Assembly (NCBI GenBank): GCA_964490075.1
Contig: CAZBBK010000011.1
Span: 62,001-102,618, forward strand
Source: an uncultured Gemmatimonadota bacterium
GTDB taxonomy: Bacteria > GCA-2686955
Reading direction: 5' to 3'
Length of the DNA: 40,618 nt
Position 1 is the first letter of the stretch; every line of letters begins with the position of its first letter. A program made the position numbers and the translations under genes. Below the pieces are notes generated by a model. It saw only the letters and a program-made list of their open reading frames with translations, ran no database searches and was not told the origin of the DNA. Below are positions 25,150 to 33,436 of the stretch, one piece after another.

Positions 25150-26259
25150 ATGAAGCTGTCCACTACTCTGATCGTCACTGCGGCGCTGGGAATCGGTTCA
25201 TCGGCGTGGGCCGAAACCTCCGCGGTTCTGTTCCAGGTCGACATGTCGGTGCAGGAGGACATCGGCAACTTCAACTCCGCCACGGATCCGGTCTACGTGC
25301 GCGGCGGCCTGGCGCCGCTCGATTGGGAAACCGGGCTGCAGTTGACCGAGAGCGTGATCAACGAGGACGTCTACGAGGTGGTGGTCGACTTCGACGATGC
25401 CGATGCCGGAACCACGGTCGAGTTCAAGTACGTCTACATCGCCGGTGGCGACAACTGGGAGACGCGCAACAATCGGTCCTTCCTCTTCGAGGGCGAGGAT
25501 CTGATCCTCGACACGGTCTTCTTCGACGATTTCTACGGCTACACCGACCAGGACGTGACGGTCACTTTCAACGTGCTGCAGAACGACGACTGCCTGAGCT
25601 GCACCATCGACCAGATGGCGATTCGCGGCGCGGCGGCGCCACTCAATTGGGACGACGACACCCAGACCCTGACCGACAACGGCGACGACACCTGGAGCAT
25701 CTCGCTGCTCTTCCCGGCGGGCACCACGCCGCGCGGCACCATCGCCTATAAGTACCGCGCCCACGCCGACATGAAGCCGGAGCGCTTCGACATCCTGGGC
25801 GACCCCTGCACCGCCTGGGACGATCTCACGAACTGGATGTGGCAGGATCTGCGCAATCCCTATCCGGGCGACTGCTTAGCCAATTTGACCTTCGAGATGG
25901 ACGACACCAATCCGACGCTGGAGCTGGACCTCGACGACTGGTATCCGCCGGCGGTCGGAGTCGAGGATCGAGGTCTCGACGCGCCGGCGGCTCCGGCGGC
26001 GGTGGTCCTGGCGCAGAACACGCCCAATCCTTTCAACCCTTCCACCGCAATCCACTTCGAGCTCGCCGAGGCGGGATCGATCGAGCTGGCGGTCTACGAT
26101 CTCGCCGGGCGCAAGGTCGCCACCCTCGCCGAGGGGGACCATTCCGCGGGCCGGCATACGGTGGGCTGGAGGCCCGCAGGGCTCGCCAGCGGGGTCTACG
26201 TCTATTCCCTGGTGGCCGGGGAGAATAGGGTCGAACGGTCGATGCTGCTTCTCAAGTAG
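25150..26259 (+). CDS. Secreted protein with two CBM20-like domains and a T9SS type-A-like sorting domain
   Basis: Signal peptide; two repeats V.F.V..(V/I)RG..APL.W..(F/Y)KY; C-term LAQNTPNPFNPST..VYDLAGRKV..LASGVY..LLLK; AAGGAG RBS. Confidence 0.82.
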   Translation: MKLSTTLIVTAALGIGSSAWAETSAVLFQVDMSVQEDIGNFNSATDPVYVRGGLAPLDWETGLQLTESVINEDVYEVVVDFDDADAGTTVEFKYVYIAGGDNWETRNNRSFLFEGEDLILDTVFFDDFYGYTDQDVTVTFNVLQNDDCLSCTIDQMAIRGAAAPLNWDDDTQTLTDNGDDTWSISLLFPAGTTPRGTIAYKYRAHADMKPERFDILGDPCTAWDDLTNWMWQDLRNPYPGDCLANLTFEMDDTNPTLELDLDDWYPPAVGVEDRGLDAPAAPAAVVLAQNTPNPFNPSTAIHFELAEAGSIELAVYDLAGRKVATLAEGDHSAGRHTVGWRPAGLASGVYVYSLVAGENRVERSMLLLK

Positions 26260-26265
26260 CGGCCG

Positions 26266-26319
26266 GGCGGCGGGCATTGGATCGCGAGCTCGACGGCGCG
26301 CGGCCCAACTCCCGCCGCC
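26266..26319 (+). terminator. GC-rich hairpin after the glucan locus (possible terminator/stabiliser)
   Basis: GGCGGCGGG (26266-26274) pairs with CCCGCCGCC (26311-26319), inner TTGG/CCAA; no U-tract. Confidence 0.3.
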
Positions 26320-26418
26320 GCTCCCGCGCCCCCCCTCCCCCCCATTTCATCCACATCGGGGGTTCGTGCATTAGAATAGGAGGCAGAATCCCGTTCTCTC
26401 CCCCCCGGAGGGTCCAGC

Positions 26419-26844
26419 TTGCAATCCCCATCGCCCCCCCCGGCGAAACCGCCGCGCATCCTGCTGGTCGACGACAGCGCCGACGTGCGTAAGCTCTTGC
26501 GGGAGTTCCTGGAAGAGCTTTCGTTCTACGTCTGCGAAGCGTCCGACGGTGAGATGGCGCTGGAGATCTGGGACAAGACCCGACCCGATCTCTTGATCAC
26601 CGACGTCAAGATGCCCGGCATGGACGGAATCACGCTGGTGCGCAAGATCCGTGAGCGAGATCCTCGCTTCCCGATCGTGGTCGTGACCGCGTTCGCGACC
26701 CCCGAGCTCAGCCCCTTCGAGAGCGGCGAGCATCCGGTGGCGGTGCTGCGCAAACCCTTCAGCCTGGCCAAGTTGATCATGCGCGTGGAGTCGCTGGGCT
26801 TCGGCGCGGTCTCCGGCGAGGCGATACTCGGATCGATCAGGTAG
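26419..26844 (+). CDS. Single-domain response regulator (receiver)
   Basis: ILLVDD, DLLITDVKMPGMDG, VVTA, RKPF. Confidence 0.9.
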   Translation: MQSPSPPPAKPPRILLVDDSADVRKLLREFLEELSFYVCEASDGEMALEIWDKTRPDLLITDVKMPGMDGITLVRKIRERDPRFPIVVVTAFATPELSPFESGEHPVAVLRKPFSLAKLIMRVESLGFGAVSGEAILGSIR

Positions 26845-27535
26845 GAGCGCCCGGGCGGCGACATACCCGGCAGTCGCCGCAACCCTCGAAAGGCCGATCG
26901 ATTCCCATCCCCGCGGCCAGGGAGCGGATGCGCTCGACCTCGTCCGCCGGCAAGGGCGCCACCGGCCCCAACGCATGGGCCAGGTAGCTGACACGGGCGG
27001 TGTGCTCCAGGACCTCCAGACGATTGAACGCGCTCTGCAGATCATCGCCCACGGTCAGGGTTCCGTGGCGGTCGAGGATCAGCCCATCGTGGTTCCGCAC
27101 CTGGGCGGCGATCAGGCGCGGCACCGCGTCGGTGGTCGGCGTGGCGTAACCGGCGTGGCGGATCTCGCCGAGGCCGAAGAGCGCCTCGGGGAGAATGCAC
27201 TTGCCGAGCGAAAGACCCGCCACGCTCAAGGCCAACGCGTGCGGCGGATGGGCGTGGAGCACGGCGCGCACGTCGGGGCGCTGGCGGTAGACCTCGACGT
27301 GCATGCGGATCTCGCTGGTCGGGCGGCCGCCGTGCAAGGGCGCACCGTCGAGATCGGTGATCACGATGTCGGCGGGCTTGAGCAAGCCCTTGTGCAGACC
27401 CGAGGGGGTGACGGCGATCCGCTCCTCGCCCATGCGCGCCGATGCGTTGCCGTCGGCGGCGACGATGTAGCTGCGCTCGTACATCCAGCGGCAGACCTCG
27501 GTCAGCCGCGCCCGCAATCCCTGCTCGCCCTGCAT
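26837..27535 (-). CDS. Class II aldolase/adducin family protein (FucA-like)
   Basis: DGNASAR, TPSG, PTSEIRMH, HAHPPH, HGTLTVG. Confidence 0.9.
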   Translation of the reverse strand: MQGEQGLRARLTEVCRWMYERSYIVAADGNASARMGEERIAVTPSGLHKGLLKPADIVITDLDGAPLHGGRPTSEIRMHVEVYRQRPDVRAVLHAHPPHALALSVAGLSLGKCILPEALFGLGEIRHAGYATPTTDAVPRLIAAQVRNHDGLILDRHGTLTVGDDLQSAFNRLEVLEHTARVSYLAHALGPVAPLPADEVERIRSLAAGMGIDRPFEGCGDCRVCRRPGAPT

Positions 27536-27543
27536 CGCCTCAC

Positions 27544-28155
27544 TCAGCCGACGAAGCCGCGGTCCTTCAGATAGTCGATCACCTTCTCGACCGATTCGGC
27601 AATGCTGAGCTCGCCGGTGTCGATGTGGATCTCGGCGTGCTCCGGTGCTTCGTAGGGGGCGCTGACACCGGTGAACTCGGGGATCTCACCGGCGCGGGCC
27701 TTCTTGTAGAGCCCCTTCGGGTCGCGCGCCTCGCAGATCTCGAGCGTCGGGCAGGCGTAGATCTCGACGAAAGAAGCGCCGGCGATCTCGCGCGCCAGCC
27801 GCCGCTCGCGCCGGTAGGGGCTGATGAAGGCGGTGGTGACGATGCAGCCGGAGTCGGCGAAGAGGTTCGCGACCTCGCCGATGCGGCGGATGTTCTCGAC
27901 CCGATCGTCGGGAGAGAAGCCCAGATCGCGGTTCAGGCCGTGGCGGATGTTGTCGCCATCGAGCACGTATGTGTGGACTCCGTCGACGTGCAGACGTGCC
28001 GACACGGCGTTCGCCAGGGTCGACTTCCCCGATCCCGACAGACCGGTGAACCAGAGGACCGCCCCGCGGTGGTGATTCAGCTCCTCGCGCATCTCGCGGT
28101 CCACGGATGCCGCCTGCCAGGTCACGTTGGTGCTCTTGTGATCGGTGTTGCTCAA
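27544..28155 (-). CDS. cysC: Adenylyl-sulfate (APS) kinase
   Basis: WFTGLSGSGKST, LDGDNIRHGL, ENIRRIGEVA, RDPKGLYKKARAGEIPEFTGVSAPYE; TTG 28155 behind GGAG (ORF open to 28227). Confidence 0.95.
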   Translation of the reverse strand: MSNTDHKSTNVTWQAASVDREMREELNHHRGAVLWFTGLSGSGKSTLANAVSARLHVDGVHTYVLDGDNIRHGLNRDLGFSPDDRVENIRRIGEVANLFADSGCIVTTAFISPYRRERRLAREIAGASFVEIYACPTLEICEARDPKGLYKKARAGEIPEFTGVSAPYEAPEHAEIHIDTGELSIAESVEKVIDYLKDRGFVG

Positions 28156-28213
28156 GGCTGTCTCCAGGGGAAGGGCCCGTCCGAGGCTCGATGGGTGGGT
28201 TTCGCGATCAGGG

Positions 28214-28241
28214 GTGAAAATCGGCAAACCCTTACTATAAT
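28214..28241 (+). promoter_or_regulatory. Sigma70-type promoter for the enoyl-CoA hydratase operon
   Basis: GTGAAA (28214-28219)-N16-TATAAT (28236-28241) in the divergent intergenic region. Confidence 0.55.
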
Positions 28242-28294
28242 GCAGTCACTTCACAGCTCGCAGGAGAATCACCCGCTCTTCGATGGGAGGCCCG

Positions 28295-29098
28295 ATGTCC
28301 GACCGGCTGGTGCGCGTCGAAGGCCGCGACCAAACGGCCATCGTCACGCTGAACGACCCGGACCGCGCCAACGCCATGTCGCCCGCGATGGCGGAGCGTT
28401 TCGCGGAGGTGGTCGGAGACCTCGCCGGAGACCGCGCGTTGCGCGCCGTGGTGCTCACCGGGGCCGGGTCCCATTTCAGCGCCGGCGGCGACCTGGAGAT
28501 GATCGGAGCCCTGACCGAAGGGGCGCACGACGATCGGCGCCGCATCGAAAACGTGCGCCGGATGCGCCGCTACTACCGCCTCTTCCTGTGCGTGCGCGAC
28601 ATTCCCGTCCCGGTGATCGCCGCGATCAACGGTTCGGCGGTGGGCGCCGGGCTCTGCCTGGCACTGGCCTGCGATCTGCGCCTGGTCGCGGAGCAGGCCA
28701 GCCTCGGCTTCACCTTCACCCGCCTGGGGCTGCATCCGGGCCTGGGCGCCACCTTTCACCTGCCGCGCCTGGTCGGTCCGGAGCAGGCCTTCATGCTCTT
28801 CACCACCGCGCGCAAGCTGAAGGGCGCCGAGGCGGTGGCGAAGGGACTGGCTCTGGCCGCCCATCCGCGCGCCGAGCTGCTGCCGGCGGCGTATGCGCTG
28901 GCCGACGAGATCGCGCTCGCCTGTCCGCTGGCGGTGCGCCAGGTCAAGCAGAGCCTGCGCAGCGCGCTCGACGACAGCCTGCCCGATCGCCTGGAGGCGG
29001 AGGCCCAGGCCCAGGCGCACGACTACGCCGAAGGCCAGGTGGCCGAAGGGATCGCGGCGGTGCGCTCGCGCCGGCTGCCACGCTTCGAGGACCGATGA
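28295..29098 (+). CDS. Enoyl-CoA hydratase/isomerase family protein
   Basis: TLNDPDRANAM, FSAGGDL, PVIAAINGSAVGAGLCLALACDLR; GGGAGG RBS before ATG 28295. Confidence 0.92.
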   Translation: MSDRLVRVEGRDQTAIVTLNDPDRANAMSPAMAERFAEVVGDLAGDRALRAVVLTGAGSHFSAGGDLEMIGALTEGAHDDRRRIENVRRMRRYYRLFLCVRDIPVPVIAAINGSAVGAGLCLALACDLRLVAEQASLGFTFTRLGLHPGLGATFHLPRLVGPEQAFMLFTTARKLKGAEAVAKGLALAAHPRAELLPAAYALADEIALACPLAVRQVKQSLRSALDDSLPDRLEAEAQAQAHDYAEGQVAEGIAAVRSRRLPRFEDR

Positions 29099-29712
29099 CT
29101 TCCCACTCCCCGCAAAACACCCTGGTGCTGGCGGCGGCCGCCTTCGAGCTGGAGGCGCTGGGAGCGGGTCCCTGGAGCTCACGGGTGGTGGGGGTCGGCG
29201 TGGTGGAGGCCGCCCTGGGGCTCGGCGAGCCCTCGCCGCCACCGCCCGACGAGGTGTGGATGGTCGGTTCCGCCGGCGCCTATCCCGGGTCGGGATTGGA
29301 GATCGGCGAGGTGGTGACTGTCACCTCCTACCGTTTCGCGCTGGCGGCGGTGGAGCAGGGACGCGCCTATCTGCCCGAGCCCCAGCCGATCGTCGCAGCA
29401 CCACCGGCGCCGCGCCGGGCGCTGCCCGAGTTGCGCCGAGTGTCGAGCGTGACCACGGCCTCGATCACCCGCGCGCCGCGCGATGCGGCGGCCCTGGGTC
29501 GGCTGGGCCAGATCGAGCACCTGGAGCTCTTCGCGGCGGCGCGCTGGGCGGAGCGTCTCGGCATCCCCTTCGGCGCGCTGCTGGCGATCTCCAACGAGGT
29601 CGGTCCCCACGCCCACGAGCAGTGGCTGCGCTGGCATCGTCCTTCCGAGCGGGCCGCCGGCCAGGCCCTGCGCGCGCTGCTGCTGAACAGCGATCGAGCA
29701 AGGGATGCCTGA
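29095..29712 (+). CDS. Nucleoside phosphorylase/hydrolase fold protein (MqnB/MTAN-like)
   Basis: GVGVVEAA, MVGSAGAY, EHLE, ISNEVG..AHEQW; ATGA overlap with upstream gene; 3' part of ORF 27442..29712. Confidence 0.7.
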   Translation: MTSHSPQNTLVLAAAAFELEALGAGPWSSRVVGVGVVEAALGLGEPSPPPPDEVWMVGSAGAYPGSGLEIGEVVTVTSYRFALAAVEQGRAYLPEPQPIVAAPPAPRRALPELRRVSSVTTASITRAPRDAAALGRLGQIEHLELFAAARWAERLGIPFGALLAISNEVGPHAHEQWLRWHRPSERAAGQALRALLLNSDRARDA

Positions 29713-30586
29713 GCTCCCCGATCTCACGATCTACGTCGAGAGCCTGCGCGCCTGCCTCCAAGGCAAGGCGGTCCAGCAGTTTCGGCTGCGCAGCCCCTTC
29801 TTGCTGCGCACCGTGGTTCCCGAGCCGGAGCGGGTGTTGGGGCGGAGGCTGCGCGGCGCCGAGCGGCTCGGCAAGCGGATCGTGCTGGAGTTCGAGGGCG
29901 GGATCTTCTGGGTGCTGCATCTGATGCTCGCCGGGCGGCTGCGCTGGCGTCCCCTCGGGCAGGGAATCGGCGGCAAGCGGGTGCTGGCGCTGCTGGACTT
30001 CGAGCATGGCACCCTGGCGGTCACCGAGGAGGGCTCGAAGCAACGCGCATCGCTGCACATCGTCGAGGGGCGCGAGGCGCTGCGCGGCTTCGACCGCGGC
30101 GGGTTGGAGCTGGCCGAGATCACGGCGCAGCGCTTCGCCGAGCACATCCGCTCCATGAACCACACCCTGAAGCGGATTCTCACTGATCCGCGCATCACCA
30201 GCGGCGTCGGCAACGCCTACTCCGACGAGATCCTGCACCGGGCGCGGCTCTCGCCGGTGAAGCTGTCCAGCACCCTGAGCGAGGACGAGGCCCGGCGCCT
30301 GCACGGCGCCGCGCTCGAGACCCTCGAGCGCTGGACGGCGATCTTGCGCGAGCAGACCGGCGACGCTTTTCCCGAGAAGGTCACCGCCTTTCGGGAGGGC
30401 ATGGCGGTCCACGGCCGCTTCGCCCTGCCCTGCCGCGTCTGTGCCACGCCCGTGCAGCGCATCGTGCGCGCCCACGGCGAGACGAACTACTGCCCCCAAT
30501 GTCAGACCGGCGGCCGGATTCTGGCCGATCGCGCCCTCTCGCGGCTGCTCAAGCGCGACTGGCCGCGTTCGATCGAGGAGCTCTGA
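29705..30586 (+). CDS. Fpg/Nei family DNA glycosylase/AP lyase
   Basis: N-terminal MPELP, RLGKR, HLMLAGRL, H2TH SGVGNAYSDEILHRA, zinc finger CRVC..YCPQCQ. Confidence 0.92.
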   Translation: MPELPDLTIYVESLRACLQGKAVQQFRLRSPFLLRTVVPEPERVLGRRLRGAERLGKRIVLEFEGGIFWVLHLMLAGRLRWRPLGQGIGGKRVLALLDFEHGTLAVTEEGSKQRASLHIVEGREALRGFDRGGLELAEITAQRFAEHIRSMNHTLKRILTDPRITSGVGNAYSDEILHRARLSPVKLSSTLSEDEARRLHGAALETLERWTAILREQTGDAFPEKVTAFREGMAVHGRFALPCRVCATPVQRIVRAHGETNYCPQCQTGGRILADRALSRLLKRDWPRSIEEL

Positions 30587-32725
30587 TCAGCCCCGCCCGC
30601 GCTCCGCGGTCGGCAGGTAGTAGCGATCGACGTAGTCGGCCACCATGCGGGCGGCGGAGAAGCGGCCGGTGACCGTGGCCAGCGAGGCCACCATCATGCG
30701 AATCCACGCATGCGGCAATCCCTGCTCGCGGGTGTAGAAGAGCGGCACCACCTCTTGGTCCAGGAGCTGGTAGAGAGAGCGTGCATCGGCCTCGTCCTGG
30801 CGCTCCGGATCGGCCCGCGGGCGGTCGTCTCCGATCGCCCAACCGTTCTCGCCGTCGTAGGCCTCGGGCCACCAGCCGTCGAGCACCGACAGATTGATGC
30901 CGCCGTTCAGGGGCACCTTCTGGCCGCTGGTGCCGCTCGCCTCCAGCGGCCGGCGGGGATTGTTGAGCCAGACGTCGACCCCCTGGACCAGGTGGCGGCC
31001 CACGTTCATGTCGTAGTCCTCCAGAAACACCACCTTGCCGGCCAGATCGGGATCGCCCGCCAGGGCTCCGATCGCGGCCACCAGGGCCTTGCCGTCGGTG
31101 TCGGTCGGATAGGCCTTGCCGGCGAAGATGAACTGCACCGGCCGCTGCGGATCACAGGCGATGCGCTTCAGACGTTGTAGGTCGTGCGCGAGCAGGTCGG
31201 CGCGCTTGTAGGGGGCGAAGCGGCGCGCGAAGCCGATGGTGAGGGCGCTCGGGTCGAGCGCCGGCGCCGCCGCCAGCGATTCCCGGTTGCGCCGCGCCCG
31301 ATCGCGCTCGTGGACGAAACGCAGCAGCCGCCGCTTCAGCGCCTGGTGCACCTCCCACAGCTCCGCGCCGGGGATCTCCCGCGCCCTCTCCCACCACTCG
31401 ACATCGGTCAGCCGATCGATCCAGTCCGCGCCAAGATGCCGGTTGAGCAGTTCCGCCATCTCGGGCGCCATCCAGGTCTGGGTGTGGACGCCGTTGGTGA
31501 CCGCCCCGATCGGAACCTCGTCCGGCGCGTGTTCGGGAAAGACCCCGCGCCACATCTCGCGCGACACCTGGGCGTGGATCCGACTGACCCCGTTCGCCGC
31601 GCAAGAGAGGCGCAGCGCGAGGATCGTCAGCGAGAGCTCCTCCGCCTCCTCGTCGTCGGCCTTGGGCTGCCGTCCCAGGTCGATGAAGCGCTCCAGGTCG
31701 ATCCCCGACTCCTTGCAGTAGGGTTCGAGCTGCTCGCGCACCAGCTCCACGTCGAAAGCCTCGTTGCCCGCCGCCACCGGCGTGTGGGTCGTGAACACGC
31801 TGCGCGTGGCGATGATCTCCGCGGCCTCGTCGTAGTCGTGGTCCTCCAACGCGACGCGGCGCCGCAGCCGCGCCAGGGCCTGCAGCGCCGAATGGCCCTC
31901 GTTCATGTGCCAGACGGCGGGCCGCAGGCCGAGATCGTGGGTCAGGTGGATGGCGCCGAGGCCCAACACCTGCTCCTGCTCCAGACGATGGTCGCGCTCG
32001 GTGCCATAGAGCTGCGAACAGATCTCCCGGTCGGGCTCCGGAGCCCCTTCGATATCGCTGTTCAGCAGGTAGACCCAGGTGCGGCCGACCGCGACGGCCC
32101 AGACCTCGAGCCGCACGGCGCGGCCGCTGACCGGGACCTCCACCCGCAGCGCCTCGCCCTCGCCATCGAGCACCCGGCGCATCGGCATCGATTCGAAGTC
32201 GTGGCTGGGCAATAGCTCACGCTGCTCGCCCTGGTCGTCGATGCGCTGGTCGAAATAGCCGTGCCGGTAGAGCAGGCCGACGCCGATCAAGGGCACGCCG
32301 AGATCCGAGGCCGCCTTCATGTGATCGCCGGCCAGGATTCCGAGACCGCCGCAGTAGATGGGCAGCGACTGGTGCAGGCCGAACTCGGCCGAGAGGTAGG
32401 CGACCAGGTCGTCTTCGCGGCCCGGATGGTGGCGCCGAAACCAGGTGTCGGTCTTGCCCAGGTAGCGCTCCAAACCCCTCTGAGCGCGCTCCGCCGCGGC
32501 GACGAAGGAGGGCTCGTCGGCCAGCTCGCGCAAACGCTCCGCGGACGCATCCAGGAGCAGGCGCAGCGGATTGCCTTGGGCGGCCCAGGCCTCTGGGTCG
32601 ACGCGTGCGAAGAGGCCCGAGGCCTCGGGCGCCCAGGTGCACCAGAGGTTGGCGGCGACCTGTTCGAGACCGGCGAGCGCGGTGGGCAGCCGCAGGGGCA
32701 ATGGCTCGAGTCGTGGGTGCTTCAT
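30587..32725 (-). CDS. glgP: Alpha-glucan (glycogen/maltodextrin) phosphorylase, GT35
   Basis: AEFG..IYCGGLGILAGDH, HMNEGH, FTTHTPV, TNGVH, FARRFAPYKRA, EASGTSGQK PLP-lysine motif. Confidence 0.95.
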   Translation of the reverse strand: MKHPRLEPLPLRLPTALAGLEQVAANLWCTWAPEASGLFARVDPEAWAAQGNPLRLLLDASAERLRELADEPSFVAAAERAQRGLERYLGKTDTWFRRHHPGREDDLVAYLSAEFGLHQSLPIYCGGLGILAGDHMKAASDLGVPLIGVGLLYRHGYFDQRIDDQGEQRELLPSHDFESMPMRRVLDGEGEALRVEVPVSGRAVRLEVWAVAVGRTWVYLLNSDIEGAPEPDREICSQLYGTERDHRLEQEQVLGLGAIHLTHDLGLRPAVWHMNEGHSALQALARLRRRVALEDHDYDEAAEIIATRSVFTTHTPVAAGNEAFDVELVREQLEPYCKESGIDLERFIDLGRQPKADDEEAEELSLTILALRLSCAANGVSRIHAQVSREMWRGVFPEHAPDEVPIGAVTNGVHTQTWMAPEMAELLNRHLGADWIDRLTDVEWWERAREIPGAELWEVHQALKRRLLRFVHERDRARRNRESLAAAPALDPSALTIGFARRFAPYKRADLLAHDLQRLKRIACDPQRPVQFIFAGKAYPTDTDGKALVAAIGALAGDPDLAGKVVFLEDYDMNVGRHLVQGVDVWLNNPRRPLEASGTSGQKVPLNGGINLSVLDGWWPEAYDGENGWAIGDDRPRADPERQDEADARSLYQLLDQEVVPLFYTREQGLPHAWIRMMVASLATVTGRFSAARMVADYVDRYYLPTAERGRG

Positions 32726-32867
32726 GCTTCTCGCGACGTCGGAGGTGAGGACGGGACGGGGACGGCAGCGGATGGACGGCGGATGTTAGCCCGCATTCGC
32801 TCCCCCGTGTGTACCACGAGCGCTCGATCAGCAGGGTCCCGGCAAAGTCGCCGGGACTCCGGCTCGA

Positions 32868-33305
32868 TCAGCCGGGCCGCTCCTCGGAGGCCGCCCTATC
32901 GAGCGCCTCACTCAGGCGTTTGCGGTGGCGCGTCAAGGCCCCGCGCATCAGCGCCCGGCGCAGCTCCTGATGCACTTCGTCGGCCCGGAAGGGCTTGAGC
33001 AGGAAGCCCGCGGCGCCGATCTCGCGGGCCTGGTCGACCCGCTCGCTGGTGGCCATGCCGCTGATCATGATCACCGGCAGCGCGGGCCGCACACTCAAAG
33101 CGTGGCGCAGCAGCTCTAGGCCGTCCCCGTCGCCCAGTATGATGTCGAAGAAGGCGGCATCCCAAACATCGCGCTCCAGGGCCTCCATGCCACCCTTCTG
33201 GCTGTCACAGAGGGTCGCGGAATGGCCGAGGACCTCCATGAGCTGCTCGAGGACGTCTCGCACGCCCTCGTCATCGTCCACGATCAGGATCTGCGCTTCG
33301 CTCAT
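32868..33305 (-). CDS. Single-domain response regulator (receiver)
   Basis: ILIVDDD, FFDIILGDGDG, MISG, LLKPF. Confidence 0.88.
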   Translation of the reverse strand: MSEAQILIVDDDEGVRDVLEQLMEVLGHSATLCDSQKGGMEALERDVWDAAFFDIILGDGDGLELLRHALSVRPALPVIMISGMATSERVDQAREIGAAGFLLKPFRADEVHQELRRALMRGALTRHRKRLSEALDRAASEERPG

Positions 33306-33436
33306 CGGCCGCTCCAGTGTTCCACCTCTTACAGCATCCCATCGGTCCCTTTGGAGAAAAGCGCCAGCTGTTCAGAAAACGAACACGATCGTGCGCGGCA
33401 CTGGATATTCGGGCGGCGTCGCAGCAAGCTTCGCCG

